A stretch of 64,000 nt of DNA from contig OX597832.1 in the NCBI GenBank assembly GCA_951406725.2, positions 5,952,001-6,016,000 on the forward strand, in the 5' to 3' direction. This stretch comes from Octopus vulgaris. Its lineage: Eukaryota. A program made the position numbers and the translations under genes. The notes beneath the pieces were generated by a model. The model worked only from the letters and a program-made list of their open reading frames with translations, was not told the origin of the DNA and made no database searches. This document shows, one piece after another, positions 40,201-53,409 of this stretch; position 1 is the first letter of the stretch, and each line of letters begins with the position of its first letter.

Positions 40201-42005
40201 GTGAACACTTGAAACCTTATATATAAATTATACACAAGACTAAGTATATTATATACATGACTATAGAGGTTTCTTATGAGGGTTTCAATGAGGACACCTG
40301 TCAATCAGGTAAACTGTCAAGAAAACTCAAGAAGTAAAACTAATATTTTTGTGTTAGTTTTGTAGCAAAAATTTCACTGAAACATCTATCTTTTAGTTTT
40401 TGTAAAATGAAAATATGATACATAAAAGTCGTAGATAGTAAACTTATAGATTCTATGTGAATGGTAGACGCTTGTATGGTTGATTAAGAAACCACTGAAA
40501 CTTTTGATTTCATGCTGTGATTTACGAGAGGATCATATTCAGATGATAGCGAATCGAGTTTAGTTTTGGATCGGATATCAGGCTGAAGGGACGAAAGTTC
40601 CTAACCCACTCTATTCAGTCTGCGGATATGAAAGAAGTTCACTTATCTGTAAGCAAGTAATATTACAGCCTCCTTCCCATTTGAACTGACCTGGATCTTA
40701 CGATAAACTTTGCCCCCTCAACCAACTCTTAGCAAATTCTTGACTTCCGCCCCATCGTATATCTCACATACTATTCACATCACCTGTCACTAGCTTTCCA
40801 GCTTTCTTGCATACCAAATCCCCTACATTACTCTAAATAACTCCATTCGCAATTCTGTAACATCAAGGCAACTTTTCTTTGTTTCTTTTTCTCACTGTCT
40901 TTCTTTCCCTCCCTCCCTTCCTTCCTCTCTATCTCTTTCTCTCTGAAAAAGACGATAGTAAGAAACCTTAGACTATTTCACTCCGCGCGGCAGATCAACT
41001 CTTTGAACTTTCCAATGACCATGCATATATAACTCATTGGTGTAAGGAGCGGAATACTACATATATTGCAAATGTTTCATTAGCTTACAATGTGTAGTTC
41101 AAGACTTCTTCTGGGGAAGGCAATGGGATTCACTAGCGGATTCATAATTGGCTTAGAGCTCTGTAGAATTTTGGTTAAACTTGCCATTGTATGTAGTACA
41201 CATTTTGGACATCATTTGGGTGTGACGGCCAATGTTAAACAAGTCGCCCACAAGCATCCACCACCAAGTGAATTCCTAACATTGATGAATATACAGTCGT
41301 AACTGTCGTTTATTTGTATTTAAAAATTTTCCTTAGACCCGCTTTAAAAACAAAAACTGAACATATCTCCCATGTCAAAAAATAAACCGCCTTTAGCTAG
41401 ATAAAAACAAAAAAAAACTTATTTTCAGGGATAACCCATAAAACCGTATCTCTGCTCCAAGAGGATATATAACAATTACTAGATGGTAAGTTAGAACAAG
41501 CTCCATATGAAAGGGAGAAAGAATCTCAAGAACCAAGAATTCTCCAAAGTTGACATGCCAGGTTATCAGATCCTGTCAAACTGTCCAACTCATGCCAGCA
41601 TGGAAAACAGATGTTTAGTAATAATGATGATGTATGTATATATATATATATATATATCTTTATATATATAAAACTGAGAATGTGTGTTTGTCTGTCTGTC
41701 TGTCTGTGTGTTTCCCTAAAACTTGAGAACTACACAACCAATTTCATTCAAATTTTACACATGCCTTACTTAGGGTCCGGGGAGTGTCATCGGCAAAAGA
41801 AATTTAACTTTTTGCCTAGGGCGAGCCCACAGCAATATCATATCTTCTCCATTACGATTCCCTAAAACTTGAGAACTACACAACCAATTTCATTCAAATT
41901 TTACACATGCCTTATGTAGTTTCATGGGCAAAAAAAAAAATGTTCAACTTCTTGCCTAGAGCGAGCCCATAGTAATATCATATCTTCTCCACTATTTTAG
42001 TATTA

Positions 42006-43299
42006 TGAGGGACGTTCAATAAGTAATGCCTCTGACCCACTTGCAGTTGTTTGATCTAGCTGTGCAATTTTGCATGTGCAATTGTTTATATCTCTATAGA
42101 TTAAGTGGCAAATTACAGCTCTGAGCTAATTGTGGTTTCTGATTTACAGGTGTTTGAACTGAGTCAAGTGTGAAATGGAGCCTGTTGAGTGTCAAGCAGT
42201 GATCTGGTTTTTGTATTTGAAAGGACGCACACCACGGGAGACTTTTGATGAAATGAAAGTAACTTATGGTGATGATGCACCATCATATGACCTTGTAAAA
42301 CGCTGGCATCGTGAATTCAAACATGGTCAGAACTCTGTGGAAACAGCTCCCAGATCTGGTCACCCACCTTCTGCCATTGATGAGGCATCTGTCCGTCAAG
42401 TTGAGGCTGCCATTTTGGAAGATCGATGCATAACTATTCGCCAAATAGCCCATGAGGTCAAGATTAGTACCGGGTCTGTGGAAACTATCATTCATGACCA
42501 TTTGCATATGCAAAATGTGCCTGCTAGATGGATTCCCAGGTTGCTCACGCCTTTCCAGAAGCAAGAACGCGTCGAGTACTCGAGGGTGAATTTGGAGATG
42601 TGCCAAGAAGATGAGTCAAAATTTTTCAAAAGTCTGATTACACAGGATGAAACCTGGGTCCATCACGATGATCCAGAGACCAAAGCCCAGTCAATGCAGT
42701 GGAAGCAAAGTGACTCATCCCCTCCAAAGAAGGCAAGGGTGCAGCCCTCCGCTGGCAAGGTCATGCTCACAGTCTTCTGGGACCAGGACGGAGTAGTGAT
42801 GACAGATTTCCTGGCAAAGGGTACCACAATTGCAGGAGCTTATTATGTTTCACTTTTGAGGAAATTAAGAGAAGCTATCAAAATCAAGAGGCAGGGCAAG
42901 ATCAGCAAAGGCATCCTTCTCCTGCAGGACAACGCTCCAGTCCACAACTCGCTTGTCGCCAGATCAGAAGCACAGGCGTATGGCTATGAACTCCTCCCCC
43001 ATCCCCCTACTTTCCTGACCTTGCACCCTCTGATTTTCACCTCTTCCCAGTCATGAAGTTGTTTTTGAAAGGAAAGCGTTTTCCAGATGATGCAGCCTTG
43101 ATTTCTGAAGTCACGTTCAGGTTGGAGGACCAAGCTGGGGTCTTCTACAAAAACGGTCTCCAGAGCTGCATCAAGCAATGGGAGAAATGCGTAACTCTGG
43201 GTGGTTCCTATGTAGAAAAAGACTAATAACTGTGCCAAGTTTCGTTGCTCTACTGCTATGGGAAGTGGGTCAGGGGCATTACTTATTGAACGCCCCTCG
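42006..43299 (+). mobile_element. Full-length mariner (DD34D, irritans-like), 1294 bp
   Basis: TIRs tgagggacgttcaataagtaatgcctctgaccc and gggtcaggggcattacttattgaacgcccctcg. TA duplication at 42004-42005 and 43300-43301. Confidence 0.97.
42175..43226 (+). pseudogene. mariner transposase with a single frameshift
   Basis: The 293-aa ORF has WIPRLL, DETWVH and QDNA. A 1-nt loss in a C-run at ~43005 moves YFPDLAPSDFHLFP...WEKCVTLGGSYVEKD* (stop at 43226) to another frame. Confidence 0.93.
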
Positions 43300-43434
43300 T
43301 ACGCGTTAAAAGTGAAACAAAAATATTTCTCTATTTTATGTCAGATGCTTTCACTTTAACAATAAAAATAATAATAACAATTGAATTATATGTAGTAAGT
43401 AATAATTAAAATCAACGACGGGTCTTTAATGCTA

Positions 43435-43473
<39 letters not shown>

Positions 43474-43729
43474 CATGAGTGTATATTTCTGTGTGTGCGT
43501 GTGTGTGTGTATAAGCATGTGTCTATTACCCTCTCCTTGACTTGACATTGCGTATTAATTGCAAACAAGTATTACAGTCATATGATCAATACCCTTTGTA
43601 TTTAGTCTTCCACAAAAACTTGTCTGGTCACGGAGAAATATCATTATATTTCAAAACAAGTGTGGCCTGGCAACAGGAAGAGCATCAATATTTCCACTCT
43701 ACCACTTAAAAATGGTACATCATAATCAT

Positions 43730-43805
<76 letters not shown>

Positions 43806-43834
43806 TTCATCATCACCAGGAATCTGGTCAAAAA

Positions 43835-44410
43835 TTTGTCACTATCTTTCTTAATCATTCACGGGCCACCTACAACAACTGGAATGGTTTTGGTTTTTAA
43901 TTGTCACGTCTTAGATATCTCATTCTCAAGGTCCTTATATTTCGACAGCTTTTCAAATTTCTTTGCTGAGAAGTTTCTTTCAGTAGGCACTGTCATATCA
44001 ATTAACAGGTATGTTTTTATTTTTTTGTCTTCTGTCTTTGATGACGGTGTCTGATCTGTTATCATTTATTTGCCTGTCTGTATGTATCCCATAATCCTAT
44101 AGGACCGTAACATTTTCTCTTTCAGTGACTGACTCTGGATGGTGTTCATACCAGTTTTTAGGGTGCGGGATATCATAGTGATGGCATACGCTCCAGTGCA
44201 AGTATTGGCAAACTCGATCATGCTTGCTGTTATATTCTGTAGGGGCAAGGACTGAGCAAGCGGCAACATTGTGGTCAATACTCTCAAGTTTATCAATAAA
44301 GAGTCTTCACTTTGCGTCTGTTTCGTTGTGTGTGACATTAGCTTGATGGTTCCGAGTGAGGAGACGTTGGTCTTGTGCCGCTAGGATAAATATTGTTTCG
44401 GCTTTCAAAG
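43835..44410 (-). mobile_element. R4/Dong-type LINE remnant (CCHC plus RLE domain)
   Basis: HDRVCQYLHWSVCHHYDIPHPKNWYEHHPESV...HTDRQINDNRSDTVIKD...DMTVPTERNFSAKKFEKLSKYKDLENEISK. Confidence 0.88.
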
Positions 44411-44447
44411 CAGCACTCTGCAGCCTCTGATGAGCTCTTCTCATATC

Positions 44448-45288
44448 AAGGTGGCGTGCTGGAAGAATCGTTTGCACGCCTCACAGAATGCTCAGCGGTA
44501 TTTCGTCCGTCTTTACGCACTGAATTCAAATTCCACCGAGGTAGACTTTGCCTTTCATCCTTTCAGGATCAATAAAATAAATACCTGTTTCTTTATTACC
44601 CACAAGGGGCTAAACATAGAGGGGACAAACAAGGACACACAAAGGGATTAAGTCGATTACATCGACCCCAGCGCGTAACTGCTACTTAATTTATCGACCC
44701 TGAAAGGATCAAAGGCAAACTCGACCTCGGTGGAATTTGAACTCAGAACGTAACGACAGACGAAATACCGCTAAGCATTTCACCCGGCGTGCTAACGGTT
44801 CTGCCAGTTCGCAATAAATTCCGGTTGTGTAATCTACTCACTAAATCAAAATTACTGGCCTTGTGTCAAAATTTGAAACCATTATTATTATCATAATAAT
44901 TATGAATTAATTATTCTTTGAGGGGTTGATAAAATAAGTACCAGTCAAACACCGGGGTCGGTGTATCGACTAGCTCCTACCCCCAAATTTCAGGCCTTGT
45001 ATCTATAGGAGAAAGAATTATTATTCACTATTATCAAGGCGGCTACGGCGGCTAAGGCGGCAAGCTGGCAGAATCGTTAACACATTGGGCAAGATGCTTA
45101 GCGGTATTTAGTCCGTCTTTACGTTCTAAATTCCGCCGAGGTCGACTTGGCTTTTCATCCGTTCGGGATCGATAAATTAAGTACCAGTGAAAAACTGGGA
45201 TCGATGTAATCGATTTACCCCCTCCCCAAGAATTTCAGGCATTGTGCCTTAAGAAGAAAGGGTTATTATCAAGGCAGCGAATCGTTTG

Positions 45289-45290
<2 letters not shown>
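44448..45290. mobile_element. Cluster of at least 4 SINE family B copies in both orientations
   Basis: Copies at +44448-44580, -44585-44812, +44920-45020 and +45055-45270. Confidence 0.85.
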
Positions 45291-45376
<86 letters not shown>

Positions 45377-45684
45377 AGTATACAATATTTAAAATTTTAA
45401 AACCTTGGAATTAATTCGATTTAAGGAATTCAATTTACCAGATTTTATATTTTCGTATCATCTGTAGATATTTCTACATTTAGAAAGTTTATTTTTTAGG
45501 TTATCGCTTGTCTTTCTTTCTGTTCTGCGAGTTCTGGGTTTCTGCCGTGCATCTGATCCCAACACAAGGAAGCAGCCATATAGATTCAGCTATCATATCT
45601 CGGGTTTTTTCCCTTACTTCCAGCAGTTGTTTGTTTATAGGAAAAGTACCAAGACGTACAGTTTGCTTGTCTGTTCACTTAGTT

Positions 45685-45726
<42 letters not shown>

Positions 45727-46318
45727 GTTCTCGTTTTTTCTTATGCTCTTATGCTCAGTTTGTTTGCGTCAGCGAACAGAAATATTGGAAGTTTCCACTC
45801 TAGCAACGCATCGCCAATTTTATTTTGTTTCATTGCCACCAGATCGCTCAAATTCTCAGAGGTAATGGGGGATATAGCCAAAGAAGGCTGCTCTTTCAAG
45901 GCGTACATTACTGTTTCATTCTTTTAGTGATATTTATAATATATGGTACAAAAGTATGATGTCAACAAATAAAAAAAAAGACAAGATAAGAATAACCACA
46001 GAGGAAAAGTGAGTTAAGCAATCAAAATGATACAAGTACGAAGTTAAAACGCGCTGGTGGGTACGTTATTTAACAAAACAAAAGCGAAGATCTCTCGCTT
46101 GTGGCACTATGTGAGTGCTGCCTATACAGCAGAACTTAGATAGTTTGTGTAAAGTTGCTAAAGATAAGAAGCTCGAGGAAATACAACTAAGATTTTAGCT
46201 AAATTTTTCGAAGATGTTAACAATGGTGAATATTTGATTTTAGGCTTTTTAGATCAATCTGCACGAATGAAAATTATTTTAGACTACGTATGTATGTATG
46301 TATGTATGTATGTATGTA

Positions 46319-46369
<51 letters not shown>

Positions 46370-46583
46370 ATGTATGTATGTATGTATGTATGCATGCATG
46401 TATGTATGTATGTATGCATATGTATGTATGCATGTATGTATGCATGTATGTATGTATGTATGTGTGTATGTATGTATGTATGTATGTATGTATGTATGTA
46501 TGTATGTATGTATGTATGTATGTATGTATGTATGTGTGTATGTGTGCGTACATGTTTTATATATTAGCACTCCTTTTTAATAT

Positions 46584-46630
<47 letters not shown>

Positions 46631-46743
46631 CAGACAAACAGACAAACAGACAGACACACAGAAGCAGGTAGATAGACAGATTTATATGTATATACATGCA
46701 TATATATGTGTGTGTGTGTATGTATACATATGTGTGTGTGTGT

Positions 46744-47003
46744 GAAGGCGCATGACTCAGTGGTTAGAGCGTCGAGCTTACGATCTTGAGGTTGTGAGCT
46801 CGAATCCCGGACCGGGCTGCGTGTTGTGCTCTTGAGCAAGACACTTTATTTCACGTTGCTCCAGTTCACTCAGCTGTAGAAATGAGTTGCGACGTCACAG
46901 GTGCCAAGCTGTATCTGCTGTTGCCTTTCCCTTGGATAACACTGGTGGCGTGTAGAGAGGAGGCCGGTATGCATGGGCGACTGTTGGTCTTCCATACACA
47001 ACC
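46744..47003 (+). mobile_element. tRNA-derived SINE family C
   Basis: tRNA-like head ggcgcatgactcagtggttagagcg...gagctcgaatccc and core gttgtgctcttgagcaagacact...ctcagctgtagaaatgagt. Confidence 0.88.
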
Positions 47004-47194
47004 TAATTTTCAAAATTTCGAACCCATTTTCCGCGCTTAAATTACAAATCCGCTTCCACTTTCGCATGCTGAAAATTTGATTGAAATCGGGCAAAAGGTG
47101 TCCAGTCTAGACCCCCAAGTGTCCCCAAAAATCAATAAAATCCCCGTTTTCACAGTATACATACATATATACATATATATGTGTGTGTGTGTGT

Positions 47195-47848
47195 ATGCCT
47201 ATATTGGTACAGGACGTCACCAACTGTTTAAGCAGCAAAAAGTACGAAAACAAACGAGTTAAATACGTAAACAACGAGAAAAAAATAGAAACAGAACAAG
47301 TAAACACAGAGAAAGAACTCTTCATGTGTTGTCGGCTGTCTATCTAATCCTCATTTCGAGCATTCAACGATAATATCAGTCTTCAAAGACAGTTGCTTCC
47401 ATAAATTACAAAATAAAATTTTGGATTTATGGAGGGTCAAAGTTGGGAACATAAACAGGACAGTGGAGACATACAAGGAAACCGAACGAAAACAAACCAC
47501 GGAGGGTCGTTAGACCAGAACGAGAGGAAAATAGTGAACGCTGGAGAAATATTTTCTTTGAAAAGAGAAAAGAGAAGCGAAAGAAAACTCCAGTCCTTAG
47601 GACCTCGTGTAGGAAAAGAAAGATGGTCACGTGAGGAAAAGAAAGATGGACGATGGTCACATGTGAGGAACGAGAGAGTGAAAAAGAGAAAGGGGGAGAG
47701 AGACAGATAGAAAATGGTGAACGTGAGAAAAAGAAAATTAGAGAAGGATTGGGGGAAAAACAGTATAGAGTAGAAACGCATCAAAAAGGTGAAGATAAAC
47801 TGACTTGGAAATGGATGCGTGGCGTTCAGTTAAATAATGATGTAAATA

Positions 47849-47907
<59 letters not shown>

Positions 47908-48030
47908 CATATATGGGTACAGGACGTTACCAACTGTGTAGGCATGAAGTACGAAAACAAGAGTTAAATGCGCAAACAACGAGAGAAAAAATGGAAAATA
48001 GGGCAAGAAAACACAGAAAACGGTTGTCAT
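47195..48030 (-). mobile_element. Probable Penelope-like 3' end(s), terminal segment present twice
   Basis: 47195-47320 and 47905-48030 are diverged direct repeats, and a third copy is inverted at 24920-25050. All abut TA/TG microsatellites. A degenerate HHR-like motif lies at ~47334-47393. Confidence 0.55.
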
Positions 48031-48079
48031 ACACACACACATACACACTCACACACACACTCACACACACACACGCACT

Positions 48080-48111
<32 letters not shown>

Positions 48112-48494
48112 CTAGCAGTATCGCCCGGCGTTGCTCAGGTTTGTAAGGGAAATAACTATAATGCATTTTTAGAGAGTTATAGCCAAAAATTAGCAAAAAA
48201 ATGGAAAAAAACGATGGTAAATTTTTTTTTTAGTTAAAAAAGGTGGAGTTGCGTCCCCTAGACAGTTTGCGGTTTGTGTTTCTGATTCTCGACCCCATGT
48301 CGAATTTATCGATTTTTTTCAGAACTGGGGGAACTTTTCAAAATTTTCGCTGCGTTAGTTTTGAATTATGACATTGGGCTATGTGTGTGTCAAGTTTCAT
48401 CAGAATCGGTTGAAAGCAGTGGTCAGGGTGAGGGTACAAGCAAACAGACACACAGAAACACGCACAGACAAACTGCCGTTTATATAGAGAGAGA
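48112..48494 (-). mobile_element. Non-autonomous Helitron (~380 bp)
   Basis: The minus strand reads A|TCtctctctatataaa...cctg-agcaacgc-cggg hairpin...CTAG|T. Confidence 0.85.
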
Positions 48495-48984
48495 TAAATA
48501 TATAAAATATATATAATTTGTTATTTATGTTTTGGTTTATGTCTATCACTGTTTGAGTTGCATAATAGTGGTTTTATCTCTAATTTATATCTTATATATA
48601 TATAATAGAATAATAAAGAGAAAGTTCTTGGTATCGTATTACATATATTTGAAAGAATGAGATGGCTTTTTGTGGGAGGGGATAATTTTTATTAAGGTTA
48701 AAATAAAAATCATCCCCTTAAAAAAGCCATCTTTACTCATATATATACGTGTGTGTGTGTATACACACACATATGTGTATATGTGTATATATATATATGT
48801 ATATACGATGGGATTCTTTCAGTTTCCGTCTACCAAATTCACTGACAATGCAAATAGAAGACACTTGCCCAAGGTGCCACGCAGTAGGATTGAACTAGAA
48901 CCATGTGGTTGGGAAGCAAAACTCTTACCACACAACCACGCCTGCGACTATGGTATGCATAAATTTGTCACATAGACAGAAAAT

Positions 48985-49330
48985 TAAATTTATTCAATCA
49001 AAGGTGCTTCAGAAAAATCTTGAGGATCAATTGGTGAGACCGTGTCACAAATGAAGAGATTCTGAGAGAAGCAAAGTCACGACCACTACCAGAGATTGTA
49101 GTAGCGCGCCTATTCCACCTGGTTGGCCATATTCTCCGTCAAGCCGATCAACGTTGTTCTAAAACAGGCATAAAAGGGGCAAGTCGAAGACCGCCTTGCG
49201 GTGGACATTTCAAGACGACTTGAAGATAGCCGACATTATGTTGAATCGATGTGCAAAAGTAGCAGCCGATCAAACACGTGAAGGGAGATGGCTGCCCAAT
49301 GTACTGATGGACACAGGATACAAAGCAAAA
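48985..49330 (+). mobile_element. RTE-clade LINE 3' remnant
   Basis: FNQRCFRKILRINW*DRVTNEEILREAKSRPLPEIV..R...LVGHILR. Confidence 0.8.
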
Positions 49331-49572
49331 AAAAAAAGAAGAAAAATCCAAAGCAACTAATTTATTCCTTTATTTATTTCAATCATATTACTGCGGCCAT
49401 GCTGGAGCACCACCTTTAGCCGAGAAAAATGACCCCAGTACTTATTCTTTGTACGCCTAGTACTTATTCTATTGGTCTCTTTTGCTCTACCGCTTACTTA
49501 CGGTGACGTAAACACATCAAGATCGGTTTCAAGCGATGTTGGGGAGAGGAAAACAGAAACATAGACACACAA

Positions 49573-49635
<63 letters not shown>

Positions 49636-49771
49636 TTGCAAAGATAATCTGGATCTCGACTGAGGAAAAAAAAACTCCGAATGGCCCGTCCTTGTTTTCT
49701 TTGTAGCGTCTATCTGGATGTTCTGTGTTCTTGTTCCATTTTGTATATATATATATATATATATATATATA

Positions 49772-49973
49772 CCGGAGTAAACACATAAATGTGAAACAAG
49801 GTGGAAAAAAGAGTACTCAAATACCAGTGGTAGAGTAATATGCTTTATTTAAAGCAGCAGAAAATTCAACAAAATCTGTTACTCTGAGTTTCTCGTTGCC
49901 GTTCATCAGACAGAACGGCAACGAGAAACTCAGAGTAACAGATTTTGTTGAATTTTCTGCTGCTTTAAATAAA

Positions 49974-49979
<6 letters not shown>
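49772..49979. mobile_element. Foldback HHR element, family H1, copy 1
   Basis: Arms 49838-49904 and 49913-49979 are inverted, with an 8-nt spacer, a ~66-bp one-sided extension and (TA)n on both sides. Confidence 0.9.
49876..49913 (-). ncRNA. Type I hammerhead ribozyme motif
   Basis: CUGU-CUGAUGA-A-CG(GCAA)CG-A-GAAA-CUCAGAG-UA-ACAG. Intact CUGAUGA, GAAA and UH core, helix I CUGU/ACAG, helix III ACUC/GAGU. Confidence 0.8.
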
Positions 49980-50018
<39 letters not shown>

Positions 50019-50561
50019 CATAATTAATAATATCAGGGTAATAAAGATTTTAGAAATTTTTACTACCAGTGGCCTAGCGTACTAGTCAATAGACTATATA
50101 TTATTCATATAAGATACAGTGTACATTTAAACACATTAAGAGGTATCCATCATAGGACTCCCTTATGCTAGAAGGAACAGCTAAAGTCCAAACCACTAAT
50201 TAAGGATAAAATCTCGAAGGGAATGAAAAATAAAAACATTTACCATCTATTTACTGGACCATGGTTTCTGAATGTTTTTAGCAAATAAAATAGGTAAGAT
50301 GGATGGAATTCGAAAGAGAAGGGAAAATTTTAATTTAGAAATAAGGGCGATATTTAGAGAACCTATATGAAGTGTTGACCTTTTTGTTCCTTAGAGTATG
50401 AAAATCCGTGGTTGGTAGAAATATCCAACATCAAGTTGGTTAAAGGTGTTGTCAAGCGAGTTAAAATAGTTGGCTTCCATTGTCCGTATGCACGTATGAC
50501 CCAATGATTGTATGGTTCCACAGACTAAGATCCCACCCAGGAGGTCTTAACCATTCGGTCA

Positions 50562-50629
<68 letters not shown>

Positions 50630-51583
50630 ATGCACGTTCACTTGCACATACATATACACACATATACTCACAGAAATTAAAAAAAACGCAAACGTACCAA
50701 GATGAAATAAAAACAAATTTTACTGGCATTTTTACTGAGAAGGGTAATACTGTGAGAGTGGTGATAAAATACCTTGGAATATTTGTTTTCTCCAAGGTGG
50801 CGAGCTCGCAGAAGCGTTAGCACGCCGGGGGAAATGCTTAGCGATATTCTCATCCGTCTTCACGTTCTGCGTTCAAATTCCGCCGAGGTCGATTTTGCCT
50901 TTCAGGGTCGATAAAATAAGTACAAGTTGAGTACTGAGGTCGATGTCCTGGTGTTGTGCCAAGATTTGATATCGATATGTGTTTTGTTCCTTTACAACCT
51001 ACATTTAACCCCACTGAATTCAACTTTGATCTCATCCTTCCGTGGTCGATACAATGAAGTATCAGTCACGTATACGGCTCAGAATAATTGACTGTTCTCT
51101 CCACCACGGTTTTCTGGCCTGGACTATATTAGAACGATTATAGTAGAGAGCGAGACAAAACATCACGTTGTTTATCAGTCGCTAGTGAAGTGTGTCAGTA
51201 CATAATAAGTAAACAAGTTATGTAAACCCACATCGTGAAGTATATTTGTTTTGGACTTAACAAGGAAGGAAAAAAAACAGAAAACTTTAGTTTGTTCTAA
51301 ACATGAAATCAAAATGCAGACCAATCGTTAAAACACGTGAATGAAACTGTCAACAACTGAGAAAGAAAAAAAATCTTTTATCTCTTACTTGACTGCGGCC
51401 ATGCTGGGGCACCGCTTTGAAGTGTTTTAATCGAACAAAGCGACACCAGGACATATTTTTTAGGCGTACTGCTTATTCTATCGGCCTCTTTTGCTGAATC
51501 GCTAAGTTACGGGGACGTAAACACATCAACATTGGTTGTCAAGCTGTACTGTGAAACCCCCAACCCGCGCGCACACACACATA

Positions 51584-52856
51584 TTGGCTTGGCAAAAAAG
51601 TAATTTAGTTTTTTTAGTTTGAAATAAATGTCATTTTTTTCATACAAACAATGAACTATATATTTTCCATTTTGTTCGATGATCTTTTGCCATCTTTCTG
51701 GCAACTTCATGATTCCGCGCTCATAGAGCTTCTGGTCCTTATCACCGAAAAACTGAAGCAAGTGATATTTCATGTCACCATCATTATTGAAAGTTTCACC
51801 ATTCAAAGAATTTTGCAAACTATGAAATAACTGGTAGTCTGATGGTGCAAGGTCAGAGCTATATGATGGATGTGACATCATTTCCCAAACAAGCAACAAT
51901 AATTTTTCACGAGTTAGTAAAGACGTGTGTGGTCTAGCGTCGTCATGGTGGAACACGATTCTTTACGATTTGCCAATTCTGGCCGTTTTTCTTTGATTGC
52001 TTCCCTCAGTTTCATTAGTTGTTGACAGTAAACATCTGAAATGATCGTGTGATTCCTTGGAAGCAGCTCAAAATACAGAACGCCTTTGTAATCCCACCAA
52101 ATTGAAAGCATGACTGTTTTTTGTTGCAATTCAGATTTCGATATGGTTTGTGCTGGTTCAATACGCTTGGACCATGATCGTTTTCTATTGATGTTATTGA
52201 AGACACTCCATTTTTCATTACCAGTGACGAATCGCTTCAAAAAAAGGTCGATTTTACAGCGTTTGAGATTAATATATTTAAAATATTGATTCGTTGTATT
52301 AAGGAAATCTCTTTCCATTTATGTAGAATCAAAATATTGAGCTTCTTATTGAGTCCAAGACATTTTAAGTGATTTTCAATAGTTGTATGCGATACATTTA
52401 ACCTCTCTGTAATCCCTCACACAGTTATATGACTCTCAGATTCAATTATGGATTTGATTCGGTCATCATCAACTTCAGTAGATCGACCAGAGCGTTGGGC
52501 ATCTTTGAGTGAAAAATTTCCAGAAGGGAATTTTTTTAACCATTTCTGACATGTGCGTTCTGTTAAGCAATCAACACCATAAACTTCACCTGTCTTTGTG
52601 AGCCTCAGCAGCTTTCTTGCCTATACGGAAATAAAAGAGCAAAATATGGGGGAAATGTTCGTTTTTGCACTCTATGTTAAAACTGACACTGAACTAACAG
52701 GTGTAAACAAAATTACGCGCAATTTGTTTCTAAAGTAAGCAAAAAGTAACGGCTATCAAATGTCAAAGAAAAAATCATGACATTGACAAAAGTTTTTTTA
52801 AAACATCGTAACTCTAGCGCTTTGCAAAAAATGAAATTACTTTCTTGTCAACCCAA
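51584..52856 (-). mobile_element. Full-length degraded mariner (1273 bp)
   Basis: TIRs ttgggttgacaagaaagtaattt and ttggcttggcaaaaaagtaattt with TA flanks. Motifs VTGNEKW, MLSIWWD, FHHDDARPH and YSSDLAPSDY are present with several frameshifts. Confidence 0.95.
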
Positions 52857-52923
52857 TACACACAGACACGCACACACACTCACATACACACACACACACA
52901 TACATACATACATATATATATAC

Positions 52924-53010
<87 letters not shown>

Positions 53011-53015
<5 letters not shown>

Positions 53016-53409
53016 ATATTAATTAGAGACAAAACCACTATTATGCAAATCAAACAAAGAAAGACTTAATCCAATACATAAAAAATTTTATATAAATTAA
53101 ATATAATTAAGATTAATTAAGATATACACTACGATCGTTTCTTGTCACTTCAATGGACATTCATCAGGTAAGGTCTTGAAAACCACCTGATGAATGTCCA
53201 TTGAAGTGACAAGAAACGATCGTAGTGGATATCTTAATTAATCTTAATTATATTTAATTTATATAAAATTTTTTATGTATGGGATTAAGTCTTTCTTTGT
53301 TTGATTTGCATAATAGTGGTTTTGTCTCTAATTAATATTATATTATATTTTACTATAAAATTGGATTCAATCATAAATCTGATTTTCCCTGTAAATTTGG
53401 ATTTATTCC

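Larger units (their letters stand above)
41657..43435 (+). mobile_element. Non-autonomous Helitron-like element interrupted by a mariner
   Basis: A|TC start (tctttatatatataaa) and (GTCT)n near the 5' end. An internal ~145-bp tandem duplication spans 41712-42000. The 3' end is caacgacggg...CTAG|T. Confidence 0.8.

Noticed and set aside
45500-45930. Stop-poor non-repetitive stretch interrupted by (TA)n
   Set aside because: No recognisable domain or splice signals in either orientation.
46746-46820. tRNA-like sequence
   Set aside because: It is a SINE head that continues into the SINE core, and it lacks a proper acceptor stem.
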